DNA of 64,000 nt from contig JAQFVV010000006.1 of NCBI GenBank assembly GCA_028023455.1, positions 19,778,001 through 19,842,000 on the forward strand, read 5' to 3'. The stretch comes from Epiperipatus broadwayi. Taxonomy: Eukaryota > Animalia > Onychophora. Positions 1 through 12,929 of this stretch are shown piece by piece. The translations under genes were made by a program, and so were the position numbers. The notes below the pieces were generated by a model, which ran no database searches, had not been told where the DNA came from, and worked only from the letters and a program-made list of their open reading frames with translations. The stretch's first letter is position 1, and every line of letters starts with the position of its first letter.

Positions 1-3000
1 AAAATAATAATGCTACTTTATATTAAAATAAATCACATTTTATAAAATTGGATAGATGTGCTTTTTTTATTAATGAATAATTGCAATGGCCTTATGATTT
101 AAATATTAAGAAATATACAGTTTAACATCATATTAAATCTGATGTCAGAGTATAGAATCTGCAGTATTTAATGAATATATTAATATGTTAGTGAGCTTAC
201 TGTTAAGTTTGGAAAATGAATATTTTATGTATATGATATTCATACTATTTGCTCATTATATTAAAGCTAGAAGTGAATGTTTGACATCTGTTTTATATAT
301 AAAAAATAAAACACAGATGGAAATTTTTTTTTTTTTTTTGGTAAATGATTAATTTGAAATATTCTTTCCACATTTTCAAATTCAGAAATAAAACACCTAA
401 CATATGACAAATAATTGAGGAATAGAACTTAAAATATATCATTGTCTTAGAATTAATACCATTATCCTGAGCAGTGAGATGTTCGTACAAAATAATTTTG
501 ACATATTTATATATTTTATTTATTTTATTTTCAAAAAAAATATTATGAAATTTCAAGTTAAAAATAAAAAGTTAATAATATTTTGGAAGATTGAATAAAT
601 AAAAAATTTAAAGGTTATCATTATCAGAAATTTATTTATTTGGTCAATTATTTGTTTTTGTTTACTTTTTTTTTCCTATTTGCCAAGCAAATTTTTTATA
701 ATTACTATTTATTTGTACATTTTCTATACTAAAGTCTGGTGATAACTGTGCAGATCAGCTGTTCAGATAGGGTATATTTTAATTTCTTTATGTGTTTTTA
801 TTTACAATTTTCCAAGTAACAAAGTGATGTCATGTCTTGTATTCTGGTGTACTTGTTGCAAGAGCTAATGTAATGGAGGTAAGATTTAGCAAGAATATAC
901 TTTAAGTAAATATTCTGATTTACATGGTGCACATAAATTAAAAATATTTGTAAATTAAAATAAATATTTTGCTTTATTGATTAGATGTGTTATTATTCAC
1001 GTTGTAATATATATATGTATGTGTGTTCTTTATACCTAATAATAATCAATAGAGAGCAACACTAAACCTCTAGCCTAGAAAATTTATAATTTACTAACCA
1101 AAAATAATAACATCTTTATAAATTCATGATATTAGTTTTAATAAATTCATATCACCCACAATGTCTAGAAATTATATATTTTTAAAAACATTCACGCCCA
1201 CAATATTAAGAAATTATTTTTTCTCATTCAGTATTAAACTTCAACAAATATAGCATTGCTTGATATTTATACATGTATAAATGCAAAATGTGTTCATGAT
1301 AAAATTATGATTAAAATTTTATAAATGTCAATTAAATGAAGACAAAATTTTTTCAAAGCAGTTAATAGAAATCTAACTAAAACTCATCAAAAAATTAACA
1401 AAAAAACAGATATTTTTTTTGCAAAGATTAGTTAGTACTCATGTGTGGAAAAAAATTATTCAACTAACTGAATGAGTTATGTTTAATCAGTATAAAACAA
1501 TTTGTTGGAATGTAAAGTTTGAATGTTTTGCTTTAAATTGCTTGAAAAGTTATTAGTTATATAACATAAATTATATAAATTCAAATTCAAGAATGTAAAA
1601 AAAAAAATCAAATTGAACAATAATTTAAAATACTCAAATAACCTCTAAAACTCAAAAAAAAATTTAAAATGATAAAAATTTGAATTAAAATTTTAAAATA
1701 CTATATTAATAACAATTTTCAACTATTTTTCTTTTTTTATATTCTTCTCTCACCCCAGTGACTAAATAACTCCACATTTTGCAATTGTTATCTTTTTTAT
1801 CAATTCAATATTTGTTTTATTGTTCACTGCAAATTTCTGACTTGTCAACATTTCTTCTGATAAGAAATGGCAGTTTTTTTCCCCTCTCTCTCCATTATAC
1901 ATATCACATTAAAATAAATATAAAAAATAACTAATTTTATTGACATTGTTAATATTCATATTTTTTCATTGCATCATTTTTTAAGTTTTTCCATATGAAA
2001 ATACTACAAATTTGCATAAAGATTCCTGTAAATATTTTGTAACATTTTAAAGAATCCTATTTATATACATTGAATGCTCTTTTATTTCAAATTCATTTAT
2101 TTATTTTTCAAACATATTGACTGCATACTTTAAAGAAATACTACAATCTTTAGCAATATCAAAGTTTTTTTCCTAATTTCGTATTCAATATAAAAGTATG
2201 TTTTTATCTAAAGATTTTTGACTGCGATTTCCTTAGATATGATTAGTATTTTAACTTCATTATTATTCACAGCATATATCCAGTCTAACAATATTTCTTC
2301 CTCTGAAAACTAATGGTTTGCTTTTCTAGAGAATAATGAAAATCAAAAAAATAAGTTCATCATGATTCAAGATATAAAAAATATATACAGTTAAAATCCA
2401 TTTATGTAAACAAAACCAAAATATTTAATAACAATCAAAAACTGAAAACACAATTAATTAAATCAAAGCAAAATAATCTTTAATACAATTTAACTAAAAT
2501 TAATTTGATCAAAACGAGATAGATGACCAAAATGAAGTAAAAGTAGCAATGAAATGAGAACATGTAATAATATGATACATTCCCTACAGTAGTAAAAGTG
2601 TATTATATTACAAAATGCATTAATTTTTACAATCAGTGTATCATCATACATTAACAATCCAGATTAGTCTACTAACTTCAAACCAAGAATATAGAGATCC
2701 ATTTACTAATCGTTACTGAATGATAATCTGATTGTTTGTGGGTTGCTACTTGAATAAAAAAAATCCTAAGCTTTGTGATCTAAAAATTTTTCAAAGATTA
2801 CCCAACCTGCACTTGTAATTCCAGATATTAGATGTGGTAAACAGAAATGTTAATTATTATGCTATGAGGTTCTCAAAAACAAAATTAAAATTATATACTT
2901 ATATTGGTGCAAAATTTTAACATATATATATAGCATTTAATGTTTGTAAAATTAACTTCCATAAATCTAAATTATCATCAGAATAGATAGAAAATTAAGT

Positions 3001-4569
3001 CTGGAGAAAAACTATAACACAGACCTAAAACCTTTATTTTTTTTTTTAATATAATTTTAAATTTTTATATTTATTATATTATATATAAGATAAAAATACT
3101 GTATAAATTAACATTTTAATTAAAAACATGTTATGTTTCCAAGTAAGTTGAATAAAAAGAAAGAGAAGATTCACCTATGGAAATAATACAGACTAATAAT
3201 GAATGAAAAATTATTTCTATGCACGTCATTAAAAAAAAATCCACTATATTCTTTGATATATGGAGGAAGTACATTGTAAATGTTTTTCATGGCATGAGCA
3301 CTCTTTGAAATAATTGTTTTACAGGAGTTAAGAACAAACAAATTCTCAAGAAAGCAACCACATAATAAAAGACTAATAAGAGACTCGCTACACAAATAAT
3401 ATGCAAGTCCAAAACATACCAAAATTTGCAATATTTTATTCTGATATTATCTTGTATTGTTTTTTTTTAATGCTGGTCCATCAGCTCCTGATGACAATGG
3501 CTCACTAGAAACCATACAACAATGTGCCAGCCCAATTTTGATTAACATAATATAGCTTTTTAAAAAAAGCACATTGGTGTTTGAGTAATTAATTACAGAT
3601 GTCAAAATTGAAAGATATACACGTATATGTATTACTTAAAAAGTATTTCATAAAATGATTTAAAAATTACTCATTTAACAAATTAATAGAGACAAATGAA
3701 AAAATTGCAAATTCAATTATAAAATATATAAATTTTAATAAAATTATCTTCTATATAAGTTGTATGCTACACATTCCACTTAAAATTAAAATGGTGGTTA
3801 AACAGCTTTGAAAAAGGAGTGGTTAATTTTACCACTGCATTTATTTAAAAAAAAAAAAAATTAAAACTCAATTTATTCTAATTCCTCCTCACCCACTCAC
3901 TGATTCATAACAATAAAAAAATATGACCAAGTTAATTAAATATTCAATTATAGTTCATTTGAATTTTAATGGCAGTATCTTGTTTTAAATATAATAATTT
4001 TAATCTGCTAAAAAAAAGTGCAATATAGAATTCTCAAATTATTTAATTAACTTACACTATGACAGTATATAATATGCAATGTGTTCCATTTACATATAAC
4101 TACAAAAGAAAAGGATACAATAAATTAAAAGCAATAAATAAATAGATAAATTAATTAAAACTAATAAGTATATTCAGTAAATATATAAATGTTTACGAAA
4201 AACAATGATATTAATAATGTAAAGAATTTTCATAAGAAATATATATATATATAGTCAGCAATTGTTTTAACAAACTAAGATGAAGATAATGATCTCATTT
4301 CTTGTCAGCCCATTATAACTAACAGTCAGGCAAATGGAGTAAGTATTCAGACTATTGAAAAACAATATACATATTGTACCATTATTTTTGGTATGTGTGT
4401 TGGCATCCTACCATAAAAGAAGATTGCTGAGAGAAAAGTATATTTTATAAAATATAATATACAGTATAAAAAAAATGTAGATTTTTATTTAATAAACAAG
4501 ATTTATTATTTCTATTGTAACTATTCTGATAAAGAAAATGTACATGTAGATTTTTTTAAATAAAAAAAT

Positions 4570-4653
4570 GCTGCCTTGCAAGCAAGTAGTTGGTTGCAGA
4601 CGGTTGTGGGTTTGCGTCCCGGTGGATGCTATGACATATGGAAAAAAAAAAAA
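4570..4653 (+). mobile_element. 5'-truncated copy of the same tRNA-Gly-derived SINE
   Basis: gctgccttgcaagca (anticodon arm), gggtttgcgtcccgg (B-box relic), gatgctatgacatatgg and a poly(A) tail. Confidence 0.7.
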
Positions 4654-7600
4654 TGCAATTAACTGTAATTAGGAGGGAAGTTTGAAGTGTGATATTTCTT
4701 CTCCCTAATTAAATATGGCTGATTGGAATGTAGATCTCCAAGTTGAACTTGGGAAATGAAAAAAAAAAAAAGTTAAGAAATTGTATAAAATCATAACTTG
4801 TTAAAATTTATAAAATATTTATTTATTTCAGTTGACAAAATTATGTTATTCCACAACCCAAAAATAAATGCCATATTAAAGATGATATAAAACTATGTAT
4901 TGTATGTAAATTATGATTAATATTGTAAATTAATTATAATAAAAATAAGCTTTGCAAGGAAATTAAATTCCTGAAGAGATAAACAAGAGTGTGAATAGAT
5001 ATCAGTGCAATGGAATTAGACCAGTGGTATAAAAGGCGATCCTGAGAACTTTGATTTATTCCTTCTTTGCTTCATTAAAATTGTTTGTGAATTCTGTAAA
5101 TTAGAGTTGGAATATTCTTCATTGAACGGAGTATCTGCAGAAAAAAATCCAAAAAGCAGTAGAATAATGTTTTGCCACATATTTGCTTTTACCTGCGAGT
5201 ATAATTCAAACCAGATGCACTACTAAACAGATACAATCACCGATGCTTTCTTCACCTAAAGTTGAGAAGAAGCCTTAATTCAAAATGCCATGTCTATATA
5301 ATACCAGAACCCTAGCAAGCTAATAAAAAAAACATTTCAACAGACCTAATGGATCCTATAGTTACTAAAAATAAGAAACCCATGGCCATGGGAAGCACCT
5401 ATTATATCAATCATTAAAAACAATCAAAGAAATAATAGGTAAAATTAATTATCTCATTTTAATGTTTATCTGAACTAGTAATATAAACTTTTAAGTCAGA
5501 TGCACTAAACTATTATTGCTAACAGAATATCTAATTAAATTTATAATTAAGAATATGAATTATATTATCTATTCTACATAATGTATCTATATGTTAATGT
5601 TCAATAATATTCAATAGGATAGTATTAATAAATAATTTTGTATTTATGGTATATACTTACTTGTTTAGGAAATCTATATAGTAATTTAAATTTAGCAATC
5701 TTCATTATTTATATTACTCCATAAATGAATGCTAATACATGTAATAAATTTACTAAACCTCTGTAAATAAAAATCCGATAATAACAAAATACTTTAACTA
5801 GAAAGAGGGAAAAATGCAGTCTTTATTAATTGAAATAGTATGATTTAGCCATCATACAGTTTCACCTACTAAATAAAATAGTAATCTTCATTTCCCTAAT
5901 TCAAACCCTAGACGTACACGTATATAACAGTATACTAGGTAATTTAATATATAGAAGCGTATATTTATATATATATGTGTGTAATTGGATATGCACACAC
6001 ATCTGCTATTTTAAATGATGGTATACACATTTTGTAATATTAGATAAATGTTTATATTCGCATCTGATTGATATTATTATGTATAATGTACACACCTTTG
6101 TAATTTCATATAAATATTTGTTTTATGATTTTAAGTTACTAAATTTGTTTAAGCTGTGGACATTATATATATATCTGAGAACATACCTATATATATATGC
6201 AAGTTTTCTAAATTAGTTTCAAACTGTCTTTGAAGTTATCCAATTAGTAAATTACCTGTATTCATGTATAGTAATTAAAGGCATATGTAATTTTCTCAGG
6301 TGTATGTTAAAATGTTTGCAGCTTAAATCTCTTGGAAAAAAAAATTACTGTTTAAAAAAAAAAAAAAAAATTCAAAGTTTTATGGCTATCTCAAGTGCTT
6401 CACACTATGCTGAGAAACGATCTTTATAAATCTTATAAAATGAAAGTTGGAACAATTAAAAAAGCTTTGACTGTGCTGCTTGCAATAAATCCAAACGAAT
6501 TTTATGAAGTAAAAGAACAATGAGCAAGCATGAAATAAATACAGCCGATTCGTTTGAAGTGGATAAAATTAGTGACTTCTTAAGTTTTGTGATAGGGGGG
6601 GGGGGGATAAAAAAATATAAAAACCCCAATTTGAAATGAACAGCATCCTTTTTGCTTTACTCTCATGTCGACTTATACCCAGGGAGTTTGCCCAGTTTTT
6701 ATTATGGAGACCAGTGGCTAGAAAAACGCTATTGCTGCCTCCACGGTGGCTAGAACCATTTATGAAGATCGAGGACCCCAAACCACAGTCTACCTGTAAG
6801 AAATAACAGATGATGAACCAGCCTAGATAACCAGACCATGCGTGTGTTTAATCCTGCCAAGCTGCAAGCCTTCAGAGTAAACAACCGGTAACAACTTCTC
6901 AACCAAGCTAAACCTTATGCTATAGCAATTCTAAATCTTTCCTAAGGCTAGCTATAAAAAAAAAAGTAATGTGCACAAACTATTAAACTTAAATCTCATA
7001 AATTAATTAAACTGTATTAGATAAATGTATTTCAATTTGTATAATTTTAAAAGTTAAAATGTAAATCTTGCCTGATCTCAATTTCTCTTAAATCTTTTAA
7101 ATTCCACTAATAAAAAGATAATTACTGTCTTATAACTTCTTTGTTCTCATATATACTTGTGCCTATGTATTTATTAATTTGTGCTATGCCTTTAGAGCGG
7201 AGATTACTAATTATTATAAACATAAAGAGATGTTTTCAGGTAAATTAACTCATGCTGTTTGACATACTTCTCGATCTCCGATCTGAAACCTACTCTGATA
7301 TATTAGTTGGGCTGCTATGTTTAGCTTAATATTGTATATATGTTGCTTATTAAAAGGAGTTAAATACGAGAGAGTGATAATTTAAAGCATATTATCAGTA
7401 TTTAGCCAAGTTTAAGTCCCAAATATGCTTTAGACCCCATTAGTTTATTTTCATAAACTATGTAGGTTAATTGGTAAACTAGATCTATTTTAATAAAGTC
7501 CTCTTTAGTACAGTTTATGTATGCTAATTCACCTAACTGGCGTAGAGTAGTTTCACAGAATGAAACTATAGATTTCGTGCTTTACTAACTTTAATAATTA

Positions 7601-10599
7601 ATATTTAGAAAGCGTTGTGAATGAGCTTTAATGAAGCGCCTTGCTATCATATACTTATTAAGATAAGATTAGGTTTTAAGGACTATCTTATCATCCCTAG
7701 TTCGGACAGCTCTCTCTCTTTCTTGAATGGGATAATGATTTTAAGGGTATTCCCATTACCTCCTTTAGAAATGGAACACCGGAATCCAGCATCATATATT
7801 AAGGCTGTTCGATCATCCGAACTAAATGTTCACATATAGCAAGCGATCGGTACCTGAGAACTGACTAATCGTTACTGAATCTCATGAGTAAAGGCATATT
7901 CAAGCCGCATCTCTGATGTAATTGGTGTTGCGCTGTAGTCTCGAAAGTTACGATACAAAGCACCAGTTCACCTGCTATTATATTCATTGTTCAGCATTGA
8001 TCTGAACCTCAGATCTAGTTTATCTAATAATATCAACATAAAGAGCGTATTGACTGCTCAGCACGTAATAATAAATTTAAGTACACATTATATAAAGTTG
8101 ACACTCTCTTAAGATTTAACCCTTAGCAAACCTAGTAGGAATGGCAGAGCATAATTTAGGCATCATTATAGACATAGAAATAATTATTAATTTATAAACA
8201 CTGTAATAAAATGATGATGACTAAGTACAATAGATTGCAGAACGCATAGTTCATATATTCACCATCCCACCTGCGAGTGGAATATGCAGTTTAATTGTTG
8301 TTGTTTGTGTTTTGGCAATATTAAATAATTTTAAAACATATTAACATCTGTAGTATTATTCACTTTATATTAAATCACCATCCAGAATTATTAATTTATG
8401 CATTAGATAATCAGTCATAAGTTGTGTGTATGTTTAGTTAAGCTATCAAGCATTTAGTTAATTATTCTAGAGTCTCTCGCTTCACCTTTTACTACTGCCG
8501 GCACGGAAATTAAGAGATTATGAGTGAGACCTCATATATGTCATTCACAGGGTAGTAAGTCAGGGAGGGTTGGTGAAGGAGCTGAGGTGCAGTCGGATTT
8601 GGTCTCAAACCCTCATCTACATCAGCTTTGGTATATTTTACCAAAACTCTGGATTTTGTTGCGTGAATGTACAAATAAGACTGTTACATAATGAACCTTG
8701 TGACAATGTGTTCACCTAATATGCCAAATGAACCCTGGTGCCTGAAACAAATAAATAAAAGCTGTCACTCATTATAGTTCTCTTTTATGTCATATATAAT
8801 GTGATTCTGGATTACATTAACCAGGAAATATAATTGCATTTTTTCTAATATTGATTTATTAAATTAAAATGGAAAGATCAATTTGGTCATATCATAAAGG
8901 TTAATCTATTATACTTATATGTATAATATAAATGATTCAAACCCCCTTTAGTAACAAGGATCTATATAACTATAATTTTAAAAATAATAGATGAAAACAC
9001 TATGACCTGGTACAAACATATATAGATAATTATTATTAATTCAAGTTGCATGAATTCGAATCCTTCCATTATTTCCAAACACTTTTAGACTAGCCAATAT
9101 GGTATCACAAAGAGTGCATACATTAATGTAAACAAAAAAAAGGGAAAAACCACATGATATAAAATGTTCCATCTATTTGCACTGTCCAAAAATAATAAAA
9201 TTATAAATATATACTAAAAGCTTAGTTTTACTAATAAATGAAAATAAAATGTAGCAGTAACTTCTAATGTCAAATCTCTAATTCTTTTAGATGATATCAA
9301 AATTATGAGGTCAGTTTTTTAATGTGATTTTATAAACAGATTAAACCAATTTAATTATTAAGTAAGAAAAATATGATTCTGAAATTAAAATTTATTTTCA
9401 ATAGATAACTTCCAATGTCAGATTGCTAAATTATTATATCAGACAAGATTAAAAGAAAAATTATGTGATCATAATATACTTTTTTAAAGAGGTGAAAATC
9501 AGCAACTTTCTATATCATATTTTCTAAAACAACAAAAGAAAGGTCCAATATAACTCTTTTCAATAACAAATGAAACCAATAAATTTTATACAGAAGCAAC
9601 TTTTTATATCTGAATAAAGTATTCCATCAGCCATAATTAAAAAAAGAAAACCATATTGCATTAATATTCGTAACACATTTTTATAAAGAAATTAAAGTTA
9701 TCCATTATTTGAAAATCTCAATTTACTACCCAGTAATTTTTTGAGCAAAAAAAAAAAATGATTTTTTATATTATAAAATTAATTTTCAAAAAAAAAAAAA
9801 ACAAGTGCTTCCAAATCTATCAACCAATTAATGTAAAATGTTGCTGATACATTTTCTATGACAAATTTTAATTTAACTATTCTATAAGCATATAGATATA
9901 TATTCATTCCCACCAATCTAACAGCTGAAATTAATACATTTGCAACTGTATATTAAAAGTTTAATTAACAAAAAAAAAATGGTGACAGTTTTCATCTTTG
10001 CACAAAATTATATCATTCTAATTTAAGATAGAATTATGTTCTTAAAATACATTTCATCTTTATAAAAAAAGAGGTCAAGTCAGATTTGTTTGTTTTTTTA
10101 TTCAGACTTCTATGCTAAACATTTATCTTCAAAAAGCTGTCATTTTTATTTCTCATGCCATTTAGGAATGCAAAATTTCACTTAAATGTTAAATAGGTAC
10201 TGGATTTAAAAGTTTCTTTTTTATTATTATTTCATATACTAATATGGTAAATTAAACTTTTTAAACATTTTTTTTTAGATACCATTATAGGATATATAAA
10301 AGGGAACAACTTTTAAAGTATTTTAATTTCTGCCATTTGCTAATGCAAAATTTCCTCATGATCTAAGTAATGAATTTAAATTTACATACTTTACATTTTA
10401 TTAAATTAACTTTTTTAAAGAATATTCACTAATAAGTTACTTTAATTTATGTTAGTATATTACATGTAATTTTTAAACATATTTGATTTTATCAATGTAA
10501 TTACAGAATTGTATTTGAGTGACTACTTTTTTCAAAAAATTTCTGAATCCAAACCCAACTTTGAACCCAGGTTTATGGATTAATTAATGGTAACCTACC

Positions 10600-10950
10600 T
10601 GCAGTAGACATGAATACCCTTTAGTTTAACAATAAATGTTATCAAAAATCTACTGGAAGAAATGGATATAACCAATAAAAAAAAACAGTTCATCATCGAA
10701 GTACACAAATGAATTGATGACATTACAGCCAAGTTCAATAATGAATAGTGTAGAATGATAAATTCATAAACAATAGGGCCCCCTATCAGCAGAATAAAAT
10801 ACAGTTTAACACTGACAAAAAAGAAAGAAAAAAAAATTGGAAAGGAATAAAAATCCTTATGCTGCTCTTCCACAAAATAATAATCAATTTACAAAATAAT
10901 AATTAATTTACAAAAGATACATCGATGATGTATTTGTATGTGCACCTAAA
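10600..10950 (+). mobile_element. Penelope-like RT core relic
   Basis: Plus-strand relic peptides TINVIKNLLEE, FNNE, TIGPPISRI (MGSPISP-like) and RYIDDVFVC. Confidence 0.6.
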
Positions 10951-10969
10951 TAGACTATTTTTGAAATGC

Positions 10970-11290
10970 AAAACTAGTTTCTCTTTTCCACAATATATCC
11001 GTAAACTTCCTTTGTTAATCATCCATCTCACATGTGGTCTCTGTCTAGGTCTAGTAAAATCTCTTGGGATCCAATTTAAAACTTTAATTACCTATCTATT
11101 ACCATCTCTTTTAACCAATATGCCCAGCCCAGCTCCATTGCAGTCTTTTAATTCTTTCAATAATGTCAGTAACACCTACTTGTCTCTCACATATGTATTT
11201 CATTTTCCACCCTTTCTTGTTATTCCTAATTTACATCTCTCCATATTTTATTGAGTGATCTGAAAATTTCTATATGGCACTTCTGTTAAG
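10970..11290 (-). mobile_element. RTE 3' fragment (same family as the 39-42 kb copy)
   Basis: Minus-strand translation VTDIIERIKRLQWSWAGHIG. Nucleotide matches agagaccacatgtgagatggatg and tgtggaaaagagaa to 41816-41880. Confidence 0.85.
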
Positions 11291-11811
11291 TACCCAAGTC
11301 TAAGATTTATAAATAAAAATCTGATAAAATATATCTAAAAGAAAAAAAAAATTTTAAATGCATCAGCATATTTACTTTTAATATAAAGTTATTTCTATCA
11401 AAATCACTTCAGTTAAGTTTGATTCTATGACTAATTTCATCCATTATATTTTTTATCTGTATTAATAATCTGACCAAGAGTTCTGAAAAAATCATTTGAA
11501 ATTTACTTTTAACATTTATCTTTAGTTCTGCTTTTTTACTTTGTTCTACTAACTCTTGCACTATTTCCTGAAACTCTGAAGCATTATCTGCAAAATCAAG
11601 ATGATTTTAATAATTTCCATTTAATTTTACCCCTTTCACTTCACATTTTAATCCACAAAATACTTGTAAAATTGCTGTAAAAGTTTGGAGATATGAAATC
11701 ACACCTTTGAATACCTTTCTCAGTGTTAATCCTAGTATCATTGTGTAATCTAAATGTTGTTATGTATTAATAAATATTCAGTACTTTATTAGTATAGCTG
11801 TGGTGGCTTTT

Positions 11812-12507
11812 GCACTTCCCCCCATAAATGTATTATTTTCACAAAGTAGTCCCTGCGATCCTTATCAGCGCATGATCTGTGAACCTTATCAGCGTGATGT
11901 ATTACCTAATTTGATAGTCATTTGATATTTTCAGTTATTGTCTAGATTTATTTCTGGCAACAGCTTTTTTAGATGTAAATCATTTATATTTTAAGCACTA
12001 TAAAATTGCAAATTTTTATTCATTTTTCCAATTTTAAAACATTTATTTTCTATATTATAAATTACTTGGCTTTTTTTTTTTTGTATAAGTAATTTTTAAA
12101 TTTGATGGATTCGGACATTTATTGTGGAGTCATTTTTATTAATCAATGAAGTTGTTTGTAATTCATTTCAAGTCTTTATGTGCTACTTTTTAATATTATA
12201 TTTATTTTTGAATGCATTTTGTACATACTTTTTATATTATATAACTTTAAAAAGATTATACTTTTGTTTTTTACTTTATTTTAAAATGATGTTCAAAATT
12301 ATTAGCCATATAATGTGTATTTGTTTATGATCTGCAATGGTTTAAACTAAAGAATAATACTCCTTAAATATTTATCTTTAAAATAACAAATTAGTTATAA
12401 TAATTTATTTGATTATCAATAAAAATGTTGATAAGGATCCCAGATCATGCGCTGATAAGGATCATAGGGATTACTTTGTGAAAATAATACATTTATTGTG
12501 GAAGTGC
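11812..12507. mobile_element. MITE (~700 bp) with ~80-bp imperfect TIRs; superfamily unassigned
   Basis: gcacttcc..ataaatgtattattttcacaaagta.tccct..gatccttatcagcgcatgatctg..a.ccttatca at the left end is mirrored at 12426-12507. Subterminal ccttatca motif occurs twice per arm. No TSD resolved. Confidence 0.8.
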
Positions 12508-12549
12508 TGCCTACAGAAGAATAATATGCAGTATATAATTTACAAGACA

Positions 12550-12900
12550 CACCAATGGTGTACTTGTGTGTGCACTTGAACTATTACAAAAATGCAAAAC
12601 TTACTGAGTACCAAATTAGCACTGCAATGGATAATTGAAAAGAAAAATGTGATAAAAGTCATCAAATATCTAGACTTCATGATCCAATGTAAAAACAACC
12701 TGGATTGTAAAATGTTTAAAAAACCATTGGAAATAAGAGGTACAATCCAGCCACAATCAAGCATCCCAAAATCACACAAGCTTGCAAGATTCAAAACATT
12801 CCCATTGTAACAGTCAGAATCGTCTATCTCGCTAACACACTGCAGAATTCAAACCCCAGACACAAAACTGAACATTCTAGGAGAGGTTGCCTTCTAGATA
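12550..12900 (+). mobile_element. Penelope-like RT thumb relic
   Basis: ORF 12592-12810 IKYLDFMIQCKNNLDCKMFKKP...QSSIPKSHKLARFKTF resembles the PLE pattern FLD...YRKPT...S.HP.SHK.A.F. Confidence 0.65.
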
Positions 12901-12929
12901 TACTAAGTTCGAATCTAAAGTCCAAATTT

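Noticed and set aside
3470-3535. CTGATGA...GAAAC hammerhead-like spacing
   Set aside because: 3-nt insert before a weak helix II, no NUH triplet or helix III, and helix I not adjacent to the core.
5016-5193. Minus-strand donor/acceptor pair (58-nt intron 5135-5192) and a 38-aa open segment
   Set aside because: The upstream segment has stops in all three frames near the donor, and there is no similarity to myosin XVIII.
2705-7880. Exact 17-mer actaatcgttactgaat at 2705-2721 and 7864-7880
   Set aside because: The flanks do not align, and a few such matches are expected by chance in 64 kb of this composition.
12424-12490. TTGATAA/CTGATAA hammerhead-like cores in the MITE arms
   Set aside because: Not followed by a helix II-GAAA arrangement; better explained as subterminal repeats.
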